Positions 1 to 9,081 are shown, numbered from the stretch's first letter. The stretch: 24,250 nucleotides of DNA from Microcoleaceae cyanobacterium (GCA_051652765.1 JBOFUV010000004.1:1-24250), one strand, 5' to 3'. A program made the numbers and translations. The notes: generated from the sequence alone by a model not told the origin.

Positions 1-33
1 GGCATCTGGCCTACGCGGGCCAGATGCCACTCC
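1..33. repeat. Perfect 11-bp inverted repeat (REP-like palindrome, possibly also terminator of the SLH gene); may extend left of the window
   Basis: GGCATCTGGCC (1-11) / GGCCAGATGCC (18-28), 6-nt loop, followed by ACTCC; 35-40 bp past the stop of the minus-strand CDS ending at 68. Confidence 0.7.
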
Positions 34-67
34 GGGTTCACACTTCAAATCAGATTGCTAGAGGTGA

Positions 68-2470
68 CTACACAATATACGGAGAATCAATTGCTGGAGC
101 TCGATTTAGCGCAACCAGAGTTTGATACAGGATCGCTGAAGCTTCTGCTCGAGTAATGTCCCGTTGGGGATTGAGGACATCCTTACGCGGGTAATCCACA
201 ACCATCCGTTTCTCCGTGGCTGCCGCTACAGCATTGATCGCAAAGCTAGGGATCTGAGCGCGATCGCTATAAACGAGCAAAGAGTTTTGGGTTCCTCCCG
301 TGAACTTCAAGCCATTGACCAGGGAAACAATGGACTGAGCGCGGGTTAAATTTTGATCGGGCCGGAAGGTTTTATCAGGGAAGCCGGACAAGAATCCAGC
401 CCGATTGGCTTTTTCAATCGCACCCGCAGCCCAGTGATTGACTGGAACATCAATAAAAGTTGCTGCCGGTCGAATTGGAGTTAGGCTAAAGGCTTTGTTC
501 AGCAAGGCTGCGAACTCAGCCCGAGTTAGACTTGCATCGGGCCGGAAGGTTTTATCGGGGAAACCGCTGATGATTCCCATTTTAGCCAAGCCTTTGATAA
601 AGCCTTCTGCCCAGTGACCCTTAATGTCGGTGAAATTAGTATCAGGAGTAGGCGTTGGCGCGGGCGTGGGTGTTGGTGCGGGTGTTGGCGTGGGTGTTGG
701 CGTGGGCGGAATTTCATTGAGCCCAAACTTAACGCTTCCCTTCACTTTCGTAGGATTGATCTGATTTCCAACTGAGATCAATTCAAATTTGCTGGCATTC
801 TGGAGGTCGTACTTGAGGTTGCCTACCAGAATGTTGCCCCCTGGATCTTGACTGCTGCCTAAATCTGGAAAAGATTCCGCGATCACCGTTAACCCGTCTT
901 GCAGGTTTTTCTCCATCTTATTCTTTCGCAGCACAGGCTTGGAGCTGCCAGATAGAACCATGCCAGAACGATTATTAATCAGCTCATTTTCAATCACCAA
1001 CGGGGCAGCTTGAGCTTGAACGGCAATACCGTAGCCTGTATTATCAAACTTGTTGCCTTGGATTTTGCCCTTGGCGTTGCCTGCGAGGGCGATACCATTC
1101 CCTGCATTCTCCTTGAAGACGTTGCCAACAACATCAGGAATCGCCGATCCCGTAATAAAAACGCCTTCCCGTTTAGAACGAATAAACGTACAGTCTGCAA
1201 CGTTGCAATAGACCGATTCAATCCAGGTGCCCGTGCCGCGAATTTGGTCGTTTGTGACGGTGACTCCCTGCAACGTTGAGTTATTTTGCATCAAAATGGT
1301 GACGTTTTGGGAGGCGGCACTTGGGCTGGTAAAGGTTCCACTGCCTGTAATTTGTATATCTTTGCCTTTGGTCGTTGTATTCCCCACGAGAGTCACTCCT
1401 GAGGGAATGACTAAGGGGAACGCTTCCCCGGTTGAGGCCGTGTAGCTTCCCGGTGCGACTTGAATTTGAGTCCCCGCCTGAACTTGGCGCAGGGCACGGG
1501 CAATGGTTTTGAATGGGCTACCTTGGGTTCCGGTTCCAGAGTCACTGCCAGTGGCAGAGTTAACATAAGTGGTCATTGTTGTAGGATTTAAAACGTTTAG
1601 AGTATTCTGAGGAACAACATTAACACTGCCTTGAACCTGATTGCCACTCACTATATTGCCGTGGGAAGCAACTGCAGCCGTCCCGCCATTATTGACATCA
1701 AATCGGCCATTACTGCGAATTGTATTTCGACCTGGGTCTTGGGGAGAACCCAGGTCGGGAGTTGCGTTGTTGGTGATCACGATACCATCGGTGCTGTTTC
1801 GTTCAATCAAGTTCCGCCGCAGTACTGGACGAGCGTTTCCAGCAATCAGGATGCCCGCCCGGTTTTCAAAGATGGCATTGTCAGTAATCCGAGTCGTAAC
1901 GCTACCTTTAATCGAGAGACCGTATCCCGTATCCTGAAAGGTGTTGCCCTTTACTTCTCCAGCCATACTCCCTTCCAGGGACAACCCATACCCTTCATTC
2001 TGGATAAAGGTGTTGTTGAGCAAGTTCGGACTGCCCACTCCGGTGGCGTAAACCCCTTCCCGTTTGCAATAGGTAAAAATGCAGTTTGCCAGGGTGGGAG
2101 AGGCGGACTCAATCCAAACTCCTGTCCCGCGAATTTGGCCATTGGTGACGGTCACGCCGCGAAGTTGGGCATTTCCCGCCATCACAATCGTTGTATTCTG
2201 ACTGGCGGCGCTGGGACTGGTAAAACGACCATTTCCTTCAATCAGAATGCCTCTTCCCCGACTGCTTTCACTCCCGACAAGATTAACTCCTGCTGGAATT
2301 CTCAAGGGGAAGGCTTCTCCACTCGCTTCATCATAGGTTCCCATCTCAAGCTGAACGGTGGTTCCGCTGCGGGCTTGGGTTAGAGCTTGGGTGATGGTTT
2401 TAAACGGGGAAGATTGACTGCCATTTCCCCGATCAGTCCCAATTGCTGGATTAACATAGAGTGTTGCCAT
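68..2470 (-). CDS. S-layer homology (SLH) protein with two tandem DUF1565-like/right-handed beta-helix modules and a Pro-Thr linker
   Basis: Both modules open with YVNxxxGxD-G-GSQ/TQxSPFKTIxxAL and share FTSPSAASQN and PDLGSxQDPGxN; PTPTPAP linker; three SLH-type repeats (FTDIKGHWA, SGFPDKTFRPD, TRAEA). ATG at 2470 (MATLYVN) preferred over the TTG at 2506. Confidence 0.85.
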   Translation of the reverse strand: MATLYVNPAIGTDRGNGSQSSPFKTITQALTQARSGTTVQLEMGTYDEASGEAFPLRIPAGVNLVGSESSRGRGILIEGNGRFTSPSAASQNTTIVMAGNAQLRGVTVTNGQIRGTGVWIESASPTLANCIFTYCKREGVYATGVGSPNLLNNTFIQNEGYGLSLEGSMAGEVKGNTFQDTGYGLSIKGSVTTRITDNAIFENRAGILIAGNARPVLRRNLIERNSTDGIVITNNATPDLGSPQDPGRNTIRSNGRFDVNNGGTAAVASHGNIVSGNQVQGSVNVVPQNTLNVLNPTTMTTYVNSATGSDSGTGTQGSPFKTIARALRQVQAGTQIQVAPGSYTASTGEAFPLVIPSGVTLVGNTTTKGKDIQITGSGTFTSPSAASQNVTILMQNNSTLQGVTVTNDQIRGTGTWIESVYCNVADCTFIRSKREGVFITGSAIPDVVGNVFKENAGNGIALAGNAKGKIQGNKFDNTGYGIAVQAQAAPLVIENELINNRSGMVLSGSSKPVLRKNKMEKNLQDGLTVIAESFPDLGSSQDPGGNILVGNLKYDLQNASKFELISVGNQINPTKVKGSVKFGLNEIPPTPTPTPTPAPTPTPAPTPTPDTNFTDIKGHWAEGFIKGLAKMGIISGFPDKTFRPDASLTRAEFAALLNKAFSLTPIRPAATFIDVPVNHWAAGAIEKANRAGFLSGFPDKTFRPDQNLTRAQSIVSLVNGLKFTGGTQNSLLVYSDRAQIPSFAINAVAAATEKRMVVDYPRKDVLNPQRDITRAEASAILYQTLVALNRAPAIDSPYIV
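643..710 (-). repeat. Coding low-complexity repeat encoding the Pro-Thr/Pro-Ala linker
   Basis: GGCGTGGGTGTT-like 6/12-bp units; translation PPTPTPTPTPAPTPTPAPTPTPD. Confidence 0.9.
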
Positions 2471-2598
2471 GACATTTATTGGTTTAAACCTGGATTGATA
2501 CCGCAAAGATAGATCTGATTAAGACCCTCTGCGCTCATTCTAGGGTTCAGCTACACACTCTAGTTCAAAGGGTTGAGAGAAATTTATCGCAGTTCTAA

Positions 2599-2622
2599 AT
2601 CATGCCCAATATCATGCCCAAT
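2599..2622. repeat. 12-bp tandem duplication
   Basis: ATCATGCCCAAT x2, intergenic. Confidence 0.8.
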
Positions 2623-2681
2623 CTGGTTCCGGCAGCAGTCTAGGTCAGGCAAGATCCCAACCCACACAATTTCAAGGGCTT

Positions 2682-3293
2682 TCATGCTGATTTGTAAGGG
2701 TTGGGTTTAATCGGAGTCCCCTCTAGGCAAGCGCCATCCAACAATGCCCCTGTCCATTGGGTGTTTTCAACGATGACACAAAGTAAATTTGACCGTTCTA
2801 GATTGGTTCCCCGCAAAATTGCCCCGCTCAAGTTTGCTTCTTCTAAATCAGCGTTGGACAAATCTGCTCCAGAGAGATTGGTATTTCGCAAGTCGGCCTG
2901 TTGCAGAACGGCCTGGGACAAACTCGTGCCCCGTAGGTCTGCGCCTTGGAAGTCCACGCCGCTAAGGTCTAAATTGCTGAAAATTGCCCCAGCCAGAAAA
3001 GCTCCCGCAAAACTTGCCTCTCGCACTTCTGTATCCAGGAGAACCGCCCCTCGGAGGTCAGCATTTCGCAAGTCTGCTCCGGTTAAGTTGGCTCCGGTTA
3101 AGTTGGCTCCCCGGAGATTGGCTCGAAGGCTAGCCCGCTGCAAATTTGCGCCTGAGAGGTCGGCCCCCATCAGATTGGCCTGAGACAAGTTAGCATCGGC
3201 CAAGTTGGCTCCAGATAAATCTGCTCCGGGAAGATAGGCATAGGTTAGGTCTTGAATGTGACCGGATCGAACTTCACCAACATCCAGGTTCAT
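2682..3293 (-). CDS. Pentapeptide repeat protein
   Basis: Continuous A(D/N)Lxx repeats ([20 protein letters not shown]...) over nearly all 203 aa. Confidence 0.95.
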   Translation of the reverse strand: MNLDVGEVRSGHIQDLTYAYLPGADLSGANLADANLSQANLMGADLSGANLQRASLRANLRGANLTGANLTGADLRNADLRGAVLLDTEVREASFAGAFLAGAIFSNLDLSGVDFQGADLRGTSLSQAVLQQADLRNTNLSGADLSNADLEEANLSGAILRGTNLERSNLLCVIVENTQWTGALLDGACLEGTPIKPNPYKSA

Positions 3294-3308
3294 AATTCTG
3301 ATTAGAGG

Positions 3309-4709
3309 TTAATTGGACTTCACTCGCTTCGGAGTAGGGGTTTCTTCTAGCCAAACATTGGGCAACTGACTCGGCTGGTCTGGGAGCTGCATCAGGCCCA
3401 TTTCCACCAGTCGCACTACGGTTCCCAGGGAACTGACCAGTTCAGGATCAAAATAAGTCCCACTGAGATTTTGACATTTTTCCCAGGCTTCTCCCAGGCT
3501 CAAAGCAGGTCGTTGACCCCGTGCCTGAGTCAGTTCTTGAAAGTAGGAAACTAGGCTCAAAATTCGAGCTTTGAGGTCAATTTCTTTCCCTTTTTGACCG
3601 TCTGGCTTACCTGTTCCGTCCCACCGTTCCAAGTGATGAGCCACAACATCGCGGATGACTCCTAACTCTGGCATGGAATCTAGCAATCGAGCGCTACTCA
3701 AGGCTCGTTCTTGCCAAAAAGAGCGGGTGGCATCATCCATTTCTTCTGGACTTTGGGTAAACATTTCTGAGGGAGCGGAGGTCAGACCAATTCGGTGTAG
3801 TAATCCAGCTAATCGCAACCGTCTTAATATGACTGTCGGTAAGTCTAACAATTGTCCCAAGGTCTCACACAATGCGGCGACTTGCATTGATGCACAGGAG
3901 TTGGCTTGGTCTCGCTCATCCACCCGTTGAGCCATCCTCAGAAAAGCTTGCAACTTATTCGCGCTCAGGTTGCGACTTACTCGCTTGGCTTGACCTTCCA
4001 ACTCCCACAACTCTCGGGTTTGGCGGTTGACTGTCACTAGTTCCTGCTGAGAGGCTTGTAAATAGGTGACAATCCGGGACACTACGCCTGTCAAGTCAGG
4101 TGTTGTAGGGCTCTGAGTTGCCAGAACAGCTTGATGTTGTTGGGTGAGGCGATCGCACAGTTGAGGGTCATAGGGCCGAAATCGCTCGATTAGAATCTCA
4201 GCCGTTTTGTGTACCATGGCTGGGTCAAACGTCCAGAGCCCGTAAAACTTCCGTTCTGTATCTATAGTCGGCTTACCTTGGGGCAAATAGTCCTCCTCCG
4301 ACAACTCATGGCAGAGCACCATCGCAGTATACCCTGGAGTCAAAATGACGAGGTTCCACTCCATCACCAAGCTATCCTGGGAATCCAAATTTACCAGGGA
4401 AACATTCTCCAGTTGCCCTGTGGGATGGCTGAGAAACCCACTGTCTGGAACAGCGCTAATCACAATCTGGCGACTGTATTGGGCCAAGTCATGATATCTG
4501 TCGGCCTCTTGCAAATACCATTTCCCTTCTTGAAAGGTTACGAGAACCAAGGGTTGTTGATCGGGATCTTCACCCGTTTGAAGAATATGATCCTCTAGGG
4601 CATGACATAGAGCAACCAGGGTGTTCTTGAAGTAGACCCCAAAACTGGATGGCAGTTGACCACTGGGCAGTTGGGTTTTAAGCTGGTTCAGCGTAGCTTC
4701 TGGATTCAT
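3309..4709 (-). CDS. DICT sensory domain protein with C-terminal degenerate HD-GYP domain
   Basis: N-terminal YFKNTLVALCHALED, TFQEGKWYLQEADRY, EWNLVIL, RKFYGLWTFD (DICT-like); C-terminal LLHRIG, HHLERWDGTGKPDG, ARIL, GTYFDPELV (HD-GYP scaffold). ATG 4709 preferred over TTG 4721. Confidence 0.8.
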   Translation of the reverse strand: MNPEATLNQLKTQLPSGQLPSSFGVYFKNTLVALCHALEDHILQTGEDPDQQPLVLVTFQEGKWYLQEADRYHDLAQYSRQIVISAVPDSGFLSHPTGQLENVSLVNLDSQDSLVMEWNLVILTPGYTAMVLCHELSEEDYLPQGKPTIDTERKFYGLWTFDPAMVHKTAEILIERFRPYDPQLCDRLTQQHQAVLATQSPTTPDLTGVVSRIVTYLQASQQELVTVNRQTRELWELEGQAKRVSRNLSANKLQAFLRMAQRVDERDQANSCASMQVAALCETLGQLLDLPTVILRRLRLAGLLHRIGLTSAPSEMFTQSPEEMDDATRSFWQERALSSARLLDSMPELGVIRDVVAHHLERWDGTGKPDGQKGKEIDLKARILSLVSYFQELTQARGQRPALSLGEAWEKCQNLSGTYFDPELVSSLGTVVRLVEMGLMQLPDQPSQLPNVWLEETPTPKRVKSN

Positions 4710-4873
4710 GAGAGCAGGCAATTCTGACCATTACAACTCGACTGTAGTAACCCTGAGAACTTGTAAGACATCAGTGCATTAAAATCCTGCCAACTTTTCA
4801 GTTGGCCAGCTTTTAACTAGACGTTACAATCCTAACCTTGCAATCTCACAACTCAAATGGGTTGGTGAGGCGC

Positions 4874-4891
4874 TGCCCCTTCTCGGGGGCA
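4874..4891. repeat. Short GC-rich hairpin (REP-like or terminator of the HAD gene)
   Basis: TGCCCC (4874-4879) / GGGGCA (4886-4891) in the HAD-DICT intergenic region. Confidence 0.35.
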
Positions 4892-5064
4892 AACCCCATA
4901 GACCCTTGTTTGATTTTTCAAGGCTTGCTTTATGATTACTATATTACTAAATATTAACTGGAATTAATCTAGGAAGAAACTATCCGTCACCTGAGTTAAC
5001 AAAATAGGAACCCTGAAGATCAAACAACAGGGCCTAAGGAGACATCACTGGGAGACATAGCATG

Positions 5065-5760
5065 TTACTCAAAAGCCTGTAACACCCGATCCAATTCCAA
5101 ATCGGCGAGGGAGTCCACACACCAGTCAGCAGATCGCTGGAGCATGTGGAAGGGATAAGTATGGGCCACTCCTACAACAACAATTCCTGCCTGTTGAGCG
5201 GCTTTCACCCCAACCAGGGTATCTTCAATCGCTAGACATTCTGTTGAAAGCAAGTTCAGGTCGGAATACACTCGGTTGAGTTGAGCAATTGCTAGGAGAT
5301 AACCCTCAGGTTCGGGTTTACTGGTCGCAACATCATCGCTGGTGACAATTACAGAAAAATAGCGATTCAATTCTCCCCGACTCAGAACGAGTTCCACCTC
5401 TGAACGCATGGCACCACTGACTACTGCGAGTTTCAGTTCGGTTGGGGTCAAGGTTTGAATAAAAGCTTTGGTATTGGGGTAGATCGGCAACTCAGTCAAG
5501 GCTTCTAGTTCGGATCGGTAGGCTTGGGCTTTGCGAGTAATTAACTGATTCAAGTAGTTTTCGTCGATCAAACGCCCTTGGGCCTTGAGTAAGGTTTCCA
5601 AACAGGCGCGATCGCTTCTTCCCAGGCAAAATTGCTGAAGTTTTGATGGCTCAATGTTTAGATTTTCCTCTAATAACAACTGCTGGAGTAATTTTTCATG
5701 AATCGGTTCATCGTTGATAATAATGCCGTTAAAGTCAAACAGAATTGCTCGAAGTGCCAT
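5065..5760 (-). CDS. HAD-superfamily hydrolase (beta-PGM/CbbY-like, subfamily IA)
   Basis: Motif I LFDFNG, motif II AVVSG, motif III SKPEPEGY, motif IV AIEDTLVGVKAA. Confidence 0.85.
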   Translation of the reverse strand: MALRAILFDFNGIIINDEPIHEKLLQQLLLEENLNIEPSKLQQFCLGRSDRACLETLLKAQGRLIDENYLNQLITRKAQAYRSELEALTELPIYPNTKAFIQTLTPTELKLAVVSGAMRSEVELVLSRGELNRYFSVIVTSDDVATSKPEPEGYLLAIAQLNRVYSDLNLLSTECLAIEDTLVGVKAAQQAGIVVVGVAHTYPFHMLQRSADWCVDSLADLELDRVLQAFE

Positions 5761-5941
5761 AAAAATTTAGTCATTTGTCACCATTAGCTGCCATTCATTG
5801 CCATTTGTTAATCAAGACTTCATTAGCCCTGCCTACCCAGTTCATTTTAAAGGTGTAAGGTGACCTACTCCTTGCCTAATAATCTAGAGGATTAGATTGG
5901 AGTTTAATGGAATTTAATGGGATTAAACCCGACTTGAAAGA

Positions 5942-7237
5942 TTAAGAATTGGCTCCGACTGCATTGGGGATTTCTTGTTCCACTCGACGAAGCCGTGGGG
6001 TTTGATAGGCTAGAAATGCAACCAAAACATTAGCTAAACCGACCAAGATAATGAGCAGAGCAATTCCCCGCCCCTCTCCTACACCAATGATCTTTCCAAA
6101 ACTATTAGCGAAGGCTCCATCCTTTGCCATCAATGGTTCAAACAGATAATCAATCAAGAGTCCAATTCCCAATTGAGCAAAAATCATCGACAGTTTTTCT
6201 GTCCAGGTTTGTAAAGCAAAGATTCGCCCTTGCAACTCAATCGGAACTTTGGACTGCCAAATCGTTTGATTATTACTGACAATAATAGGCTGAGAAAATA
6301 AATACCCAAATCCACCCAGGGTAATAATCCAAACTGCTGGCTTAAGTCCTCCAAAACACAAGCACAATCCCTGAATTAACACAAAAAACACAATGGTTTG
6401 AATCCGATTTTTCAGTCCTCCCCAGGTACTAACGACAATACTGCCTAACAACATCCCACAGGCACTCAACGCCAATACAACTCCTAATTTTGAGCCAGAG
6501 GCAAAACTTAGAACCAGAGGCATAAAGGCAACCTGGACAATGCCCGTTGTGAGATAAGTCACAGCCATTAGGGTTAACAGTTGCAGTAATCCGGGTTGCT
6601 TCACCACGTATTGCCAGCCCGACAACGTTTCGTGCCAGACTTTTGCTAGGGTTACCTTCTGGCTCGGAGCGGTTTCGGTTACCGGGGGAAAACGGACACT
6701 TAACAAGGCGATCAGAGCAATGATATAGGTACAAAAATCAATCCAAAGTACGCCCTGAACCTGGATTGTGTCTACCAAAAAACCGGCTAAGAGAGACCCC
6801 ATAATCAGGGCAAACGCTTTAGAAATTTGCACCATGCCATTGGCACGGGTCAGTTGTTGAGGGGGAACCAGTTGGGTGATTGCGGAGAAGTAAGCGGGCC
6901 ACTGAATGGACATACAAGCCGCAACAACCGAAATTGCAATGTAAATGTGCCATAACTCCATCTTGCCTGCACTCACCAACAGCATCATGATAAAGATAGT
7001 AATTGCCTTAACGGTATCACTCAAAATCAATGCCCACCGTCGATTCCAGCGATCAATCAATGAGCCTGCAAAGGGAGCAATCACAATTCCAGGGAGACTC
7101 ATAAACACCAAGACCAAAGCAAATTGGGTAACAGAACCTGTTGTTTGAGAGACCCAAATCCGCAAGCCTACATCTGTAATTGCAGATCCCAAGAGTGAAA
7201 TGACTTGACCCAGCCAGACAATAAGAAAGATTTGCAT
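5942..7237 (-). CDS. MFS transporter (DHA3/macrolide-efflux-like)
   Basis: About 12 hydrophobic segments; VWLGQVISLLGS start, motif A GSLIDRWNRR, QLTRANG, QSKVPIELQGRIFA. Confidence 0.9.
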   Translation of the reverse strand: MQIFLIVWLGQVISLLGSAITDVGLRIWVSQTTGSVTQFALVLVFMSLPGIVIAPFAGSLIDRWNRRWALILSDTVKAITIFIMMLLVSAGKMELWHIYIAISVVAACMSIQWPAYFSAITQLVPPQQLTRANGMVQISKAFALIMGSLLAGFLVDTIQVQGVLWIDFCTYIIALIALLSVRFPPVTETAPSQKVTLAKVWHETLSGWQYVVKQPGLLQLLTLMAVTYLTTGIVQVAFMPLVLSFASGSKLGVVLALSACGMLLGSIVVSTWGGLKNRIQTIVFFVLIQGLCLCFGGLKPAVWIITLGGFGYLFSQPIIVSNNQTIWQSKVPIELQGRIFALQTWTEKLSMIFAQLGIGLLIDYLFEPLMAKDGAFANSFGKIIGVGEGRGIALLIILVGLANVLVAFLAYQTPRLRRVEQEIPNAVGANS

Positions 7238-7490
7238 AGAAAATGAGCGCTGCTTTAATGAAAAGTCAAAGGTGACGAAGAATCAGTTTGGAGCTTAATC
7301 ACAATAATTCCTCCAATTCTGCCACTAAGTGTCTAGCTTGGTGCAAAAACGCTGCTTTTTTTACAAAATTAGGATGTTGTGTAGGCCAGGTTCTGATTGG
7401 CTTGAACTGCTAAACAGCAATTAGTATTTTATTCACAATCTTTCACTTTCCAAAAAGTCTTCAGTACTTCAGCCGTTCATCAAAGTTTCC

Positions 7491-8453
7491 CTAGGATTTA
7501 GAGAGTTTAACGGATGGGTCTAAGGGGAGCGAGCATTGAGTCCGAGTAAAGTTTGCAGTATTTTCTTCGGTTGGAACAGCAAGAACCTCTAAGCTACCAT
7601 TCATGACTCCGACTAAGATTTGATTCATGAATAAACGCATCCCTGGAGACAATTGAAAGTCAGATTCCAGATTCACTTCGGAGTGATCTAAAGTGGGTGG
7701 AGAGGGGTGATTTCTAGCCAAAGTGGATTGTAACAACTCCCAGGATTCACTCCAGGCACTGATAGGACGCTGGTCATCAATCCAGATATTTGCATAGCCT
7801 GATTCTGGGGTAATTGTTGTTAACACTCGGATTTTTCCCTCTTCCATTTCAGTAATTGCGGTGTCAATTAAGCTCACTAAAACTTGGCGAATCCGAGGCA
7901 AATCTGCCAAAATATAAATTTCTGGATTAACAGATTCAATCATCAGTTTGATACTACGATTTGCGGCCTGGAGATAGGTCAGACTTTCCACCTCTTTCAG
8001 GAGCTTACTCAGTTGGAGCGACTGAATTTTCATCTTTTCTGTGCCATGCTCCGTCTTGGCAACATCAACAATTTCATCCAGTAACCCAACAACTTTCAAA
8101 GCTGAGTCGTAGGCGTGCTGGGCAAACTCTCGCTCCTCTTCCGGGCTTTCACACAAATCAGTCAGAATGAGTTGAAGCATTCCAATCATACTGTTCAAAG
8201 GCGATCGCAGTTCATGGGAAGTCCGAGCTAAAAAACCTCCTTTAAAATGCCCCATTTCTACTGCCATTTGATAAGCAGCTTGGGTCTGTTTAAGTTGATT
8301 TGATAGGGCTTGAAGATGTACTTGGACAGCTTCTTGAGCATCAGAGGAAGCCGTGGTAGGTTGGGAGGATAAAGGCTTGGATTTTGAGACGTTATGAACC
8401 CCCAACCCAAGTCCTAACCCAATTCCGAGAAATAAAAATTCACTCCAGCCCAT
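7491..8453 (-). CDS. Atypical membrane-anchored histidine kinase (intact HisKA, degenerate HATPase domain)
   Basis: H-box FLARTSHELRSPLNSMIG; N-terminal hydrophobic stretch FLFLGIGLGLGLGV; ATG 8453 (MGWSEF) chosen because the longer ORF overlaps tsaC. Confidence 0.8.
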   Translation of the reverse strand: MGWSEFLFLGIGLGLGLGVHNVSKSKPLSSQPTTASSDAQEAVQVHLQALSNQLKQTQAAYQMAVEMGHFKGGFLARTSHELRSPLNSMIGMLQLILTDLCESPEEEREFAQHAYDSALKVVGLLDEIVDVAKTEHGTEKMKIQSLQLSKLLKEVESLTYLQAANRSIKLMIESVNPEIYILADLPRIRQVLVSLIDTAITEMEEGKIRVLTTITPESGYANIWIDDQRPISAWSESWELLQSTLARNHPSPPTLDHSEVNLESDFQLSPGMRLFMNQILVGVMNGSLEVLAVPTEENTANFTRTQCSLPLDPSVKLSKS

Positions 8454-8478
8454 GAGTCTTATTAGATTAATAATTAGC

Positions 8479-9081
8479 CTATTCTTTGAATTGTAACTTG
8501 ACTGCTCCTTGACGCAAAATTTCCCAACCAATATTGACTTGCCACTTCACCACTGTTGAAGGAATTCTTGACATCGGTACATTCAAATCCAGGGTCGAGG
8601 ACTCTAGGGTGAAAATTTCTGGAAATTGCATTGCAATTTCAGCCAAGGTGACTAGGGGCGGTTGTCCTGATAAATTTGCGCTCGTTGTTGCCAAGGGGCC
8701 TGTTTGAGTTAGGATTTCACGGGCGATCGCACAGTTGGGAACCCGGAGTCCAATGGTGGTTGGGTCAGTTGGATGCATGACCAAGGGAACAAGTTCAGAC
8801 GCAGGTAACACCAGCGTCAGGGCTCCGGGCCAAAACTGTTGAGTAACCTGTTGCCAAACTTGTCGGTCTGCGGGACTCCCTTGGGTAAAAGGCCAAAGAT
8901 CTGCTGAATTAGCACCCATGAGAACGAGAGACTTGTCTGCAGGCCGTTGCTTCACGGCAAACAAGTCGTCAGCTCGATCCGGTCGAACAGCTAGAGCAGG
9001 CACAGTATCCGTTGGAAAACTCACAACATGGCTTCCAGAGCGGGCAGCAGCAATTAGAGTGTCTAAAAAGACTTTGGCCAT
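8479..9081 (-). CDS. tsaC: L-threonylcarbamoyladenylate synthase (Sua5/YrdC family)
   Basis: FPTDTV, KQRPADK, FWPGALTLVL, IGLRVP, PLATTSANLSG, PSTVV, ILRQGA. Confidence 0.92.
   Translation of the reverse strand: MAKVFLDTLIAAARSGSHVVSFPTDTVPALAVRPDRADDLFAVKQRPADKSLVLMGANSADLWPFTQGSPADRQVWQQVTQQFWPGALTLVLPASELVPLVMHPTDPTTIGLRVPNCAIAREILTQTGPLATTSANLSGQPPLVTLAEIAMQFPEIFTLESSTLDLNVPMSRIPSTVVKWQVNIGWEILRQGAVKLQFKE

Noticed and set aside
1631..2383. 250-aa + strand ORF and other short antisense ORFs over the SLH gene
   Set aside because: Shadow frames of a well-supported minus-strand gene; no motifs
2701..3183. 160-aa + strand ORF with repeated KLAP/KSAP
   Set aside because: Antisense mirror of the pentapeptide repeats
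7421..7439. Possible Fur box upstream of the MFS gene
   Set aside because: Only one half (ATTCACAAT) resembles the inverted consensus; AT-rich background
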